A stretch of DNA of 64,000 bases, from the NCBI GenBank assembly GCA_963790955.1, contig CAWBQM010000005.1, forward strand, positions 131,409-195,408, in the 5' to 3' direction. The translations under genes and the position numbers were made by a program. The notes under the pieces are model-generated. The model saw nothing but the letters and a program-made list of their open reading frames with translations, searched no databases and was not told where the DNA came from. The number at the start of each line of letters is the position of its first letter. Position 1 is the stretch's first letter. Of the stretch, positions 54,306 through 64,000 are shown piece by piece. The stretch comes from an uncultured Chloroflexia bacterium. Its GTDB lineage: Bacteria > Chloroflexota > Limnocylindria > Limnocylindrales > CSP1-4.

Positions 54306-56040
54306 ATGAGCGACCCGCTCGATCAACAGCTCGTCGAGGCCGTGCTGGCACGCCCTCGGCGTGGCAAGGCCGAGCTGGAGGAGGCGAAGCTCGCGGGTCT
54401 CCGACCGCGTCGCGCGGCGGCGGTCGATGAGGACGAAACCGAGGACGCCGACAGCGTCGATGCCGAGGACGACGACGTCGAACTGGAGCTCGACGCGGAT
54501 GACTCGGGCGAGGTCAGCATCGAGGTGATCGGCGAGGGCGGCGAGCCCGTCGCGGGCGCCGCGCTGGCGACCGTCGAGGAACCGACCAAGCTCGACGCGG
54601 CCGAGCTCGAAGAACCGACGCCGGAGGAGCTCGACGCGCTCTCGGCGGACATGATCGGGATCGACGACCCGGTCCGGATGTACCTCAAGGAGATCGGCAA
54701 GGTCGCCCTGCTGACCGCCGAAGAGGAGGTCGTGCTCGCCAAGGCGATCGAGCTCGGCGAGCAGATGGTCGAGGAGCCGTGGAAGGCCATGGTCAGCCTC
54801 CACGAGTGGACCCTGCACGACACCGAGCGCAAGACTCGCACGCAGAAGCCGCAGCACCGCCTGCCCTTCGGCGACGAGGCCCACCACATGGTGCGCGAGG
54901 CGTTGAGCGATGCCTGCGGCCGCGGACCTGTTCGTGGCACCGCCCGACTTCCACCTGGTCAGGGCCGCGAAGGATGCGCAGTCCGAGGGCACCAAGGAGC
55001 TGCTCAAGCAGGCCAAGAAGCTGATCGCGGCATACAACGTCGACTGCGAACCGGCGGCCTTCATCACCCTGCTCGACTGGGCGTACCTCGCGGTCCACAA
55101 CGGCGACTTCGACTCGCGCGACAACCCGGGCCTGCGGGCGATCGCCGAGTGGACCCGCGACGGCGTCGCGTTTCCGGCCCTCGAACGCTGGATCACAGCC
55201 GGCAACGATGCCGATCTGCTCAAGCGCCTGGGCTACGACCCGGAGGTGCCGCTCAACACCAAGCTCGCCCACCGCAAGGGCGAGATCGTGCGCATCGGGC
55301 GCGACGCCCGCGAGCAGCTGACGTCCGCCAACCTGCGCCTCGTCGTATCGATCGCCAAGAAGTACATCGGGCGCGGGATGTCGTTCCTGGATCTCATCCA
55401 GGAAGGCAACATCGGCCTGATCCGCGCGGTCGAGAAGTTCGACTACGAGAAGGGCTTCAAGTTCTCGACGTATGCGACGTGGTGGATCCGCCAGGCGATC
55501 ACGCGCGCCATCGCCGACCAGGCACGCACGATCCGCATCCCCGTGCACATGGTGGAGACGATCAACCGGCTCATCCGGGTCTCGCGGCAACTCCTCCAGG
55601 AGCTCGGCCGCGAGCCGACCGTCGAGGAGATCGCCGATGCGATGTCCAAGGGCCAGGAGGTCGTCGTCACGCCCGAGAAGGTGCGCGAGATCATCAAGGT
55701 CTCACAGGAGCCGGTGTCGCTCGAGACCCCGATCGGCGAGGAAGAGGACTCGCACCTGGGCGACTTCATCGAGGACCGCGGCGCGCTGGCGCCGGCCGAG
55801 GCCGCGTCGCACCAGCTTCTCAAGGAGCAGGTGGAGGCGGTTCTGGATTCGCTCACCGGCCGTGAGCGCCGGGTCCTGCAGCTGCGCTTCGGGCTCGAGG
55901 ACGGCCGCGCCCGAACGCTCGAGGAGGTCGGCAAGGAGTTCAACGTCACCCGCGAGCGGATCCGCCAGATCGAGGCCAAGGCGCTTCGCAAGCTCCGCCA
56001 CCCGAGCCGCTCCCGCAAGCTCAAGGACTACCTGGAGTAG
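54306..56040 (+). CDS. rpoD: Primary (group 1) sigma factor RpoD/SigA with a large insertion between regions 1.2 and 2; one frameshift near 54910
   Basis: The ATG follows [22 protein letters not shown] is region 1.2, in the frame of ORF 54144. [13 protein letters not shown]...[12 protein letters not shown]...[13 protein letters not shown]...[18 protein letters not shown] is in ORF 54910..56040. Confidence 0.9.
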
Positions 56041-56126
56041 CAGCATCTCGCCGTGGCTGGCCGCCTCGGGCACCGGGCCGGTGCTGACGCGCCTGGGCGT
56101 GCGCCTCGGGCCCCGGGCCGGCTCGG

Positions 56127-56268
56127 TTATGCACCCAGTGGATCAACCGACCGTCCGTTTGCCGCTTCATGCGGCCACCGACTCATTCCGCCACTGGTAC
56201 GCGCGGCCTGAGTCGCGTAGAGACTGAAACCCCCATCGAGCGGTCCGTTAGAGTCGCCCGGCGCATGA
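56127..56268 (+). repeat. Dispersed modular intergenic repeat, copy E10
   Basis: TTATGCACCCAGTGGATCAACCGACCGTCCG...CGGTCCGTTAGAGTCGCCCGGCGCATGA. Confidence 0.8.
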
Positions 56269-56315
56269 GCGGACGCGGAATGCAACGGGAACGAGCTGCA
56301 CGGCAGGCCTCGCAT

Positions 56316-56966
56316 CTACAGAAACACGATCGATGAGGTCGCCGGGTCGAGTCCCGCCGCCAAGCGACGCAGCACGAGCGCGCCCGCGGGCGGGTAGCCG
56401 TCGAGCGCGCCGCCGGGGGATCGAACGAGCTCGCGATTGTGGCGCGTCGAGGCAAGCAGCACGAGGATGTGGCTGATGTCGCCGTCCCGCCTCTTCAGGG
56501 CAAGACGTCGCGTGAGCTCCTGAACGTCATACGCACGAGTCTCAGCTTCGACTGCGACCTGCCAGTCATCACCAGAGATCACGGCGTCCCACGCCCGGAG
56601 ATCGCCTGACTGGCGGAGAGGGACCTCTGTCCGCCACCGCAGGGAGGTATTGATTCTGGCGCGGAGGCGTGCAAGCAGGGCCAGATGCGCGCGGTCACGC
56701 ACCGGCTGGCCCATCGGGAAGGCTCGGACGTGAAGACGCAGGCCGACCACGGCGAGCAAGGACGCCGCCTGGCGGATGCCGATGTCCGTCTGCGTCCCGC
56801 GTTCGATCCTGCTGCATTTCGATTGCGAGATCCCTGCGGCACCCGCGACCGATGCCTGGGATAGACCCCGAGCCAGCCGAGCATCCCTGAGCTCGCGAGC
56901 GATGTCGTGGACGGCCTCGCGGCCCTCGACGTGGCCCCGATCGCGTGGTCGTTCTCTTGTCGGCAT
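56316..56966 (-). CDS. XRE-family helix-turn-helix regulator with uncharacterised C-terminal domain
   Basis: LRDARLARGLSQASVAGAAGISQSKCSRIERG is the XRE HTH. The start is taken at MPTRER, because the ORF-track start at 57047 would lie inside the IS21 terminal repeat. Confidence 0.7.
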   Translation of the reverse strand: MPTRERPRDRGHVEGREAVHDIARELRDARLARGLSQASVAGAAGISQSKCSRIERGTQTDIGIRQAASLLAVVGLRLHVRAFPMGQPVRDRAHLALLARLRARINTSLRWRTEVPLRQSGDLRAWDAVISGDDWQVAVEAETRAYDVQELTRRLALKRRDGDISHILVLLASTRHNRELVRSPGGALDGYPPAGALVLRRLAAGLDPATSSIVFL

Positions 56967-57093
56967 GCCTGCACCATCGTCGCCGGCTCCGCTTCGCGTG
57001 CGTTTTCGAGCTGCCGTCGGGGCGATCATCGGAGTGTGAGCGAGCACGAAACGTGCAGAGAGATCGCCGCGAAAAGTGCAGAGGCGATCAGCG

Positions 57094-58912
<1,819 letters not shown>

Positions 58913-59281
58913 GTGTGATTTCCCGACGCCCGGCGGTCCGAGGAACAGCGCGTTGCGGTGCTCCTCGACGAAGCGCAGCGTGGACAGCTCCGCGATCACG
59001 GCCCGGTCGATGGACGGCTGGAAGTCGAACTCGAACTGCGCCAGGCGCTTGTCGAGCGGATAGTGGGCGAAGCGGAGCCGCCCCGAGAGCCGCCGGGCGC
59101 TGGTCGCCTCGACCTCGGCCGCGAGCAGGCGCTCGAGGACCTCGACCGGGGCTGCGGTCTCGGTGCTGGCCCGCTCGAGCTCACCCGCGAGGTGCTCGGA
59201 CGCCGTCGAGAGGCCGAGATACGCGAGGTGCTCCCGGGTGCGCGCGTACGCGGTCGCGACCCGGGACTCGGCGGCGGTCAT
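58913..59281 (-). pseudogene. istB: istB, N-terminal part up to Walker A
   Basis: MTAAESRVATAYARTREHLAYLGL...FDFQPSIDRAVIAELSTLRFVEEHRNALFLGPPGVGKSH. The ATG overlaps the istA stop (ATGA). Confidence 0.8.
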
Positions 59282-60324
59282 CGCGCGAGCTCCGCGTACA
59301 CCGCGAGCGGCCGGACCTCGACGGTCTCGCCGGCCGCGGCGGGCGTCCGCCGTGCGGTCGCGGGCGCCGGCAGGGGCACGAGGGTGTCCGCGCCCTCCAT
59401 CCGCGCGACCAGCCGGCCGCTGACGGGCACGAGGAGCGGGCGCTCGGCCTCCCATGCCTCGCCGACGACCCGCCCGGTCGTCCGGTGGCGGCGCCTCGCC
59501 TGGACCCCGGTCGCCCAGGCCCTCGCCTGCGCGTCGTACCAGGCGAGCGTCGGGTGCTCGGGGATCACCTGCCCCGTGAGCCAGGCGAGGAGGTCGTGCT
59601 TCACCTCGCGGATGACCCGCTCGACCTTGCCCTTCGTCTGGGCCCGGTACGGCCGGCAGGCGCGCGGGCGCGTGCCGAGCAGGGCCGCGACGTCGAGCCA
59701 CTCGGGCGCGTAGATCGGCGCGCCGTCCGCGCGGGATCCGGCCATGAGGGCCGTGTCCCGGTCGTGGAGGAAGTCGGCCGTCGCGCCGCCGAGGTCGTCG
59801 ACGCAGCGGACGATGCTGCGCAGGGTCGTCGGACGGGTCTTGTCGGTCGCGAACCGGACCGCGACCATGCGCGAGCAGCCGAGGATCGCGACGAACGCGA
59901 AGAGCTCGGCCGTCCCGTCACCGAGCGGCCACGAGCCGAGGTCGGCCCAGTCGCCCTGGGTCTGCTCGCCGGGATCGGTCTCGAAGCGCAGCACGGGCTC
60001 TGCCGCGGTCGCCGGGCGGAGGATGACCACCCGCCGGCGCAGGCTCCCGTACGACCCGGTGTACCCGTATCCCTCGGTGAGCTCGCGCAGGAGCACGGTC
60101 GCGCGCAGGTCGGGACACGCGGTCAGGCGCCGCTCGACGTGTGCCAGCTGGGCCGCCGTGAGCTCGGCCGGTCTCGCCCGCGGGCGGTACCCCGGGGGCT
60201 CACCGGCGGTCGCGTACTTCTTGGCCGTGCGCCAGTTGAGTCCGAACTCGCGGGCGAGGTCGGCGATCGACCAGCCGTGGCGGTGCAGTGCGTGCAGTTC
60301 CATCCAGGTTTCCTCAGACTGCAA
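59278..60324 (-). CDS. istA: IS21-family transposase IstA
   Basis: MELHALHRHGWSIADLAREFGLNWRTAKKYA is the HTH. QGDWADLG...AILGCSRM...DRDTAL are DDE-region patterns. The start is at 60324 or 60303. Confidence 0.8.
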   Translation of the reverse strand: MQSEETWMELHALHRHGWSIADLAREFGLNWRTAKKYATAGEPPGYRPRARPAELTAAQLAHVERRLTACPDLRATVLLRELTEGYGYTGSYGSLRRRVVILRPATAAEPVLRFETDPGEQTQGDWADLGSWPLGDGTAELFAFVAILGCSRMVAVRFATDKTRPTTLRSIVRCVDDLGGATADFLHDRDTALMAGSRADGAPIYAPEWLDVAALLGTRPRACRPYRAQTKGKVERVIREVKHDLLAWLTGQVIPEHPTLAWYDAQARAWATGVQARRRHRTTGRVVGEAWEAERPLLVPVSGRLVARMEGADTLVPLPAPATARRTPAAAGETVEVRPLAVYAELAR

Positions 60325-60534
60325 CTCGTCCCTCCTGTCCCGTGCTCAGAGCTCGACACTCCGAGCCTGACAGGAGGGACCTCGTCGTTTCCGGCCCCAT
60401 GGAAAGGCCCCCGGATCACTCCGGGGGCCTCTGCACTTTTCGTGATCAACCCTCTGCACTATTCATGGGCGCTCACACGGACGCTTATCCGGGCCGGAGG
60501 TCGACATGGCTGGGCAACGGGAGCGAGCTCGCTT

Positions 60535-60698
60535 GCGTTGATGCCCACGGCGCCGCCTGAGTCGCGGGGCGAATGAACGGACCGTCCGTCGGCCACTTGA
60601 TGCACCCGAGGACTCGGTCGGCGTTGGTCAAGGGCGATTTGAGCCGCCTGGTGCATGACATGGCCCTCGGCCGGTCCGTTGAGTCGCCGGGCGCATGA
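60535..60698 (+). repeat. Dispersed modular intergenic repeat, copy E11
   Basis: GTTGATGCCC...GAATGAACGGACCGTCCGTCGGCCACTTGATGCACC...CCGGTCCGTTGAGTCGCCGGGCGCATGA. It lies directly beside the IS21 right end. Confidence 0.8.
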
Positions 60699-60706
60699 CG
60701 GCTGAC

Positions 60707-60769
60707 GGCTCGGGGCCATGAGGGCTGGGCTCGGGGCCATGAGGGCTGGGCTCGGGGCCTTGGGGGCTC
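60707..60769. repeat. 21-bp tandem repeat x3
   Basis: ggctcggggccatgagggctg occurs twice, plus a diverged third unit. Confidence 0.8.
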
Positions 60770-61180
60770 GCCGCGATGAGCGGGTCGCGCCGGGGCCGGG
60801 CGGCCCGTGCCCGGCACGGAACGACGCCAGTGACGGGCAAACCGGCGGGGCGCTCGCGCACCGGCGGCCACCACCGTCGGACCAGGACAACCTGGCCCGT
60901 GGGCCCAGCTCGAATGCCGTTAGGACTAGTTGGCTCCGGTGCGGGGACGTCGACCCGGCCTCGTTAGGGGCACCATCGGCCCGACCGGGACCGTACGAGG
61001 GTCGGGATGGGCTGGGGGCGGTCAGGCCACTACCGTCAGGGCGGTTGGATCGGGGTCGCCGCGACCACGGGGGTCGGGCGTGGCGCGATGAAACCCGTTC
61101 GGCCAGATCGGCCTCGAACAGGCGGAGCCACGCGTCGGTCACCGCCGGGGGTCGATCCTGACGCAGGAGGAAGGACACTG

Positions 61181-61945
61181 ATGAAGCGATCCCCATCGCT
61201 GGCCCTCGCCGCTGCCCTGGCGGCGTCGCTCGTGCTCGCTAGCACGGTCGTGGCCGCGAATCCCGGTCACGGCCACGGCGCCGCGGCGGCGCATGCCGCC
61301 AAGACGAAGACCCATCCGGTTCGCGGTCACGGGACGAAGGCCGACACGACGACCGAGACCCTCGATCCTGCCGCGAGCCCCGCGGCCTCCCCGACGGTCA
61401 GCCCGTCGGCGACGCTGTTCGTCAAGGGCAATGCCAGCCATCCCGGTGGAACGCTGGCCGTGCTCGTGCTCGTGAAGGCGCCCGGTCCGCTCCGTCCGCC
61501 ATCGGTCGATGCGATCGTCCACTTCCAGAGCGGTGACGCACCCGTCACGCTGACGACCCACGGCGAGTCGAAGGGTGTCGCCTATCACGGGACCGCGACG
61601 GTTCCCGACGCGGAGCCGGCCGGCCAGGTCGCGATCGACGCCACGACGATGGTCGACGGGCAGGCCCTGACAGGCACTGGCTTCGGCAAGGTCGTGGTCG
61701 GCGGCGACGCGAGCGCCCAGAGCACGGACGCCGTTTCGAGCGACAGCCCCGAGGCGAGTGAGAGCCCGGAGCCCAGCGACAGCCCCGAGCCAAGCGAGAG
61801 CGCCGAGCCAAGCGCGAGCGCGGAGCCGAGCAAATCCGCCGAGCCGAGCAAATCTCCGGAGACCGACCAGGGCGACCAGGGTGGCGACGCGAGCAATCTG
61901 GGCCAGGCCCTCGTGCAATACCTCATTGCCATCTGGCTGCACTGA
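61181..61945 (+). CDS. Secreted protein with His-rich N-terminal stretch and acidic S-x-E-P-S C-terminal repeats
   Basis: The ATG follows GCAGGAGGAAGG. The signal peptide is MKRSPSLALAAALAASLVLASTVVA. Also present are GHGHGAAAAHAAKTKTHPVRGHG and the repeats SPEASESPEPSDSPEPSESAEPSASAEPSKSAEPSKSPE. Confidence 0.65.
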   Translation: MKRSPSLALAAALAASLVLASTVVAANPGHGHGAAAAHAAKTKTHPVRGHGTKADTTTETLDPAASPAASPTVSPSATLFVKGNASHPGGTLAVLVLVKAPGPLRPPSVDAIVHFQSGDAPVTLTTHGESKGVAYHGTATVPDAEPAGQVAIDATTMVDGQALTGTGFGKVVVGGDASAQSTDAVSSDSPEASESPEPSDSPEPSESAEPSASAEPSKSAEPSKSPETDQGDQGGDASNLGQALVQYLIAIWLH

Positions 61946-61965
61946 GGCTGGCTCGCAGAATCGGC

Positions 61966-62018
61966 GACGCCCCGGCCGAGCGGCCGGGGCGACGCCCCGG
62001 CCGAGCGGCCGGGGCGTC
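61966..62018. terminator. Two tandem identical GC-rich hairpins between convergent genes (terminator-like)
   Basis: GACGCCCCGGCC-GAGC-GGCCGGGGCG occurs twice in a row, each with a 10-bp stem and a 4-nt loop. There is no clear U-tract. Confidence 0.5.
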
Positions 62019-62059
62019 CTCATGTCCGCGATGCCCCACGAGCGCTGCCGAGGGGCCCT

Positions 62060-62138
62060 CGCTGAACCGCCGAGCGGCCTTCGCTCAACCGCCGAGGGGC
62101 CTTCAACCGTCGAGCGGACGCTCAACCGCCGAGCGCGC
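62060..62138. repeat. About 20-bp tandem repeat x4 derived from the 3' end of the ACT-domain gene
   Basis: gctgaaccgccgagcggcc / gctcaaccgccgaggggcc / ttcaaccgtcgagcggac / gctcaaccgccgagcgcgc. The last unit encodes ...ALGG-stop of the minus-strand gene. Confidence 0.75.
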
Positions 62139-62502
62139 GCTCCGCGGCGGCCATGTTGTCGACCCCGATGGCGATCCGAACCCGGCCACCATCCATCCCG
62201 ACCGGGGTCACGAGCTCCACGTTGATCTTCGCGCTGGCAAGGCGGTCCGCGACCGCCGCGAGCGATCCGGGTTCGTCGACGAGCGTCGTCGTCACGCAGT
62301 CGACCTGGTGGAACGCGGCCCCGATCCCGGTCAGCGCCATGCGCGTGGCGGCGTCGTCGCTCGTCAGGAAGGCGACCGCGCCACAGTCGCCCGAGCCGAC
62401 CCCGGCGACGCCGGTCACGTTGATCCCATGCTCGACAAGCGCCGATAGCGTCTTGGCCAACTCCCCGGGCTGATTCTGGAGCTCCACGACGAAGGCTTGC
62501 AT
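62122..62502 (-). CDS. ACT domain-containing protein
   Basis: 126 aa: MQAFVVELQNQPGELAKTLSALVEHGINV... plus a second ...TLVDEPGSLAAVADRLASAKINVE unit, i.e. two ACT-like halves. Confidence 0.7.
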   Translation of the reverse strand: MQAFVVELQNQPGELAKTLSALVEHGINVTGVAGVGSGDCGAVAFLTSDDAATRMALTGIGAAFHQVDCVTTTLVDEPGSLAAVADRLASAKINVELVTPVGMDGGRVRIAIGVDNMAAAERALGG

Positions 62503-62618
62503 ATGGCACCTCCTCGAGGGCTCCCGGCCCGCCGATGGGGCCGTTCGCGTGGGGCCCGGGGCCAGGATTCTACCTCGCCTGGCCGCGTATCCCTGTCTGA
62601 CCGCAGGCTCGCGGTGGG

Positions 62619-63503
62619 TCAGGTCTTCGATCGGGCGGCCGAGGATTGGCCCGGCTCCTGGCCTGCGACTACCGGCCAGCCAGTGCGGCTCCAGTCACTG
62701 TACGAGCCCGGATACAGGATCGCGTCGGGAAGGCCCGCCACGCGCAGGGCGAGCGCCGTGTGGCAGGCGTTGACGCCGCTACCGCACGACACGACCACGT
62801 CTCGACCCTCGGCCTCGACGAGCCCTCGATAGCGCTCGGCCAGCGCGGCTCCGGGCAGAAATCGGCCGGCCTCGAGGTTGATCGACGTCGGAGCGTTGTG
62901 TGCCGTGGGAATGTGGCCCGGCACCGGATCGACCGGTTCGGTCTCGCCCCGATAGCGCTCCGGCGTGCGAGCATCGAGCAGGACGACCGAGTCGAGCCGC
63001 GAGCGCAGCGCCTCACGTTCGATCGTCGAGGTCCAATCCGGCGCGAGGTGCAGCTCGGCCAGGGCATGTCGAGCGGGCTCGGTCGACAGCGGCAGGCCGG
63101 CGGCGCGCCAGGCGTCGATGCCACCGTCGAGGACGGCCGACGACGCGTGACCGAGGTTGTCGAGCATCCACCACAGTCGCGCCGCGACCGTTCCGCCGGC
63201 ATCGTCGTAGGCGACGACGAACGAGTCGTCACCGATCCCGAGCTCCGCCATCCGCCGCGCGAACGCCTCCGGATCGGGCAGGGGATGACGGCCGGGCGCG
63301 CCGAGGCCCGCCAGGTCACTCAGGTCCCGGTCGAGATCGACGAAGATCGCCCCCGGCAGGTGCCCGGCCGCGAAGACGGCGGGCCCGTGGTCGGGTGCGC
63401 CCAGCTTCCAGCGCACATCGCAGATCCGGAGGCGCGGGTCGTCGATCGCCGCCGCCAGCTCGTCGACCCCGATCAGCGGACGCGGCAGTTGGGATGGGGC
63501 CAT
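62619..63503 (-). CDS. Rhodanese-domain sulfurtransferase (thiosulfate/3-mercaptopyruvate sulfurtransferase type)
   Basis: Tandem rhodanese pattern: CDVRW...GHLPGAIFVDL; the active-site loop VVVSCGSGVNACHTALAL; GSYSDWS. Confidence 0.85.
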   Translation of the reverse strand: MAPSQLPRPLIGVDELAAAIDDPRLRICDVRWKLGAPDHGPAVFAAGHLPGAIFVDLDRDLSDLAGLGAPGRHPLPDPEAFARRMAELGIGDDSFVVAYDDAGGTVAARLWWMLDNLGHASSAVLDGGIDAWRAAGLPLSTEPARHALAELHLAPDWTSTIEREALRSRLDSVVLLDARTPERYRGETEPVDPVPGHIPTAHNAPTSINLEAGRFLPGAALAERYRGLVEAEGRDVVVSCGSGVNACHTALALRVAGLPDAILYPGSYSDWSRTGWPVVAGQEPGQSSAARSKT

Positions 63504-63561
63504 GATCGAAGGATAGCGACGGCCGCCCCGGCGGACACTCGTCGTGGCCCATCGAGCGCCG

Positions 63562-64000
63562 TCAGCCCAACGCGTCTCGGACCTTCACCACTGTGTTCCA
63601 GTTCCGATCGGTGACGGTCGTCGTGAGGACGTGCCCGAGCTGCTCGGCCGTCGTCGATCCGGACATGCCATTGCGATACCAGACGTAGATCTCGTGCCGC
63701 CCCACACGCACGACGTCCGGACCGGCGTCGATGGCCTCGACCGCCGCGCGCTCCTGGTCGGCGATCGCGTCGGCGAGGAACATGACGTGCAGGCCCCGAC
63801 CGTCTTCGCGCGCTTCGGGGATAAGGTTGCCGGCAATGATCGCGGCCACTTCCGGAGCGCTGCGCACGACGACCGAGATCGACCGGCCGAGGTGGCCGTG
63901 CAACGCCTGCTCGACCCGACCGACCACGTCGCTGCCATGTCTGTCCGGCGCGGCGAGAACGACATTGCCGCTGCGCCCGATCGTCCTGGCGCCATTGTCC
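63562..64000 (-). CDS. DUF1697 family protein, 5' end outside the window
   Basis: Own extension of ORF 63562..63927 upstream: ...TIGRSGNVVLAAPDRHGSDVVGRVEQALHGHLGRSISVVVRSAPEV... has a DUF1697-like pattern (SGNVVF...). The frame stays open to the window edge. Confidence 0.6.
   Translation of the reverse strand, partial: DNGARTIGRSGNVVLAAPDRHGSDVVGRVEQALHGHLGRSISVVVRSAPEVAAIIAGNLIPEAREDGRGLHVMFLADAIADQERAAVEAIDAGPDVVRVGRHEIYVWYRNGMSGSTTAEQLGHVLTTTVTDRNWNTVVKVRDALG

Noticed and set aside
54144-55865. 573-aa frame-0 ORF taken at face value as the sigma factor.
   Set aside because: Beyond about 54910 its translation becomes Arg/Pro/Gly-rich nonsense. The conserved sigma regions 2-4 are in ORF 54910..56040, so the frame-0 tail is spurious.
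60770-61180. A roughly 400-nt region upstream of the secreted-protein gene, including minus-strand ORF 60459..61196 with a plausible-looking peptide (PPAVTDAWLRLFEADLAERV).
   Set aside because: The short plausible stretch is embedded in Pro/Arg/Ser-rich sequence and overlaps repeats. There is no RBS or family match. It could be a gene remnant or a 5' leader, but I cannot support a call.

Overview
This is a very GC-rich bacterial chromosomal window. Gene content and codon usage look Actinomycetota- or Chloroflexota-like, but the taxon cannot be fixed from the sequence alone.

Gene content by region:
- 1-20.8 kb is an accessory stretch rich in toxin-antitoxin (TA) genes and nucleases. It holds four apparently intact type II TA pairs: ParE/RHH, RHH-DUF433/DUF5615-PIN, RelE-like/Phd-DUF6247 and Phd/VapC. 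It also holds parE and PIN remnants, a UvrD-stub/HNH/DUF429 trio, a NERD protein, and a secreted SNase operon with an immunity-like partner.
- 20.9-31.4 kb carries GT39, DoxX, a BNR-propeller plus MoaD-like pair, def, a DAG-kinase-like lipid kinase, PAP2, an LLM oxidoreductase and a UvrD/HRDC helicase.
- 31.6-46.1 kb is a 14.5-kb same-strand signalling supercluster. In order: RsbR-RsbS-RsbT stressosome module, HATPase+PP2C protein, hybrid histidine kinase (HK), REC-PAS HK, a roughly 2140-aa nine-GAF hybrid HK, Hpt, and a REC-class III nucleotide cyclase.
- 46.4-64 kb carries an ECF sigma/anti-sigma pair, an ABC transporter, a J-protein, dnaG-rpoD, an XRE regulator, an IS21-family element with an IS110-family element nested in istB, a secreted repeat protein, ACT, rhodanese and DUF1697.

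Two cross-cutting signals:
1. Eleven copies of a roughly 130-210-bp modular, hairpin-rich intergenic repeat family that I cannot assign to any named element.
2. About 30 reading-frame breaks. They are strongly clustered at 31.9-34.5 kb and 48.5-50.0 kb, but one also hits rpoD, so at least some are probably assembly or sequencing indels.

No rRNA, tRNA or CRISPR array was recognised by eye. All homology statements are pattern recognition from the translations, not database searches.
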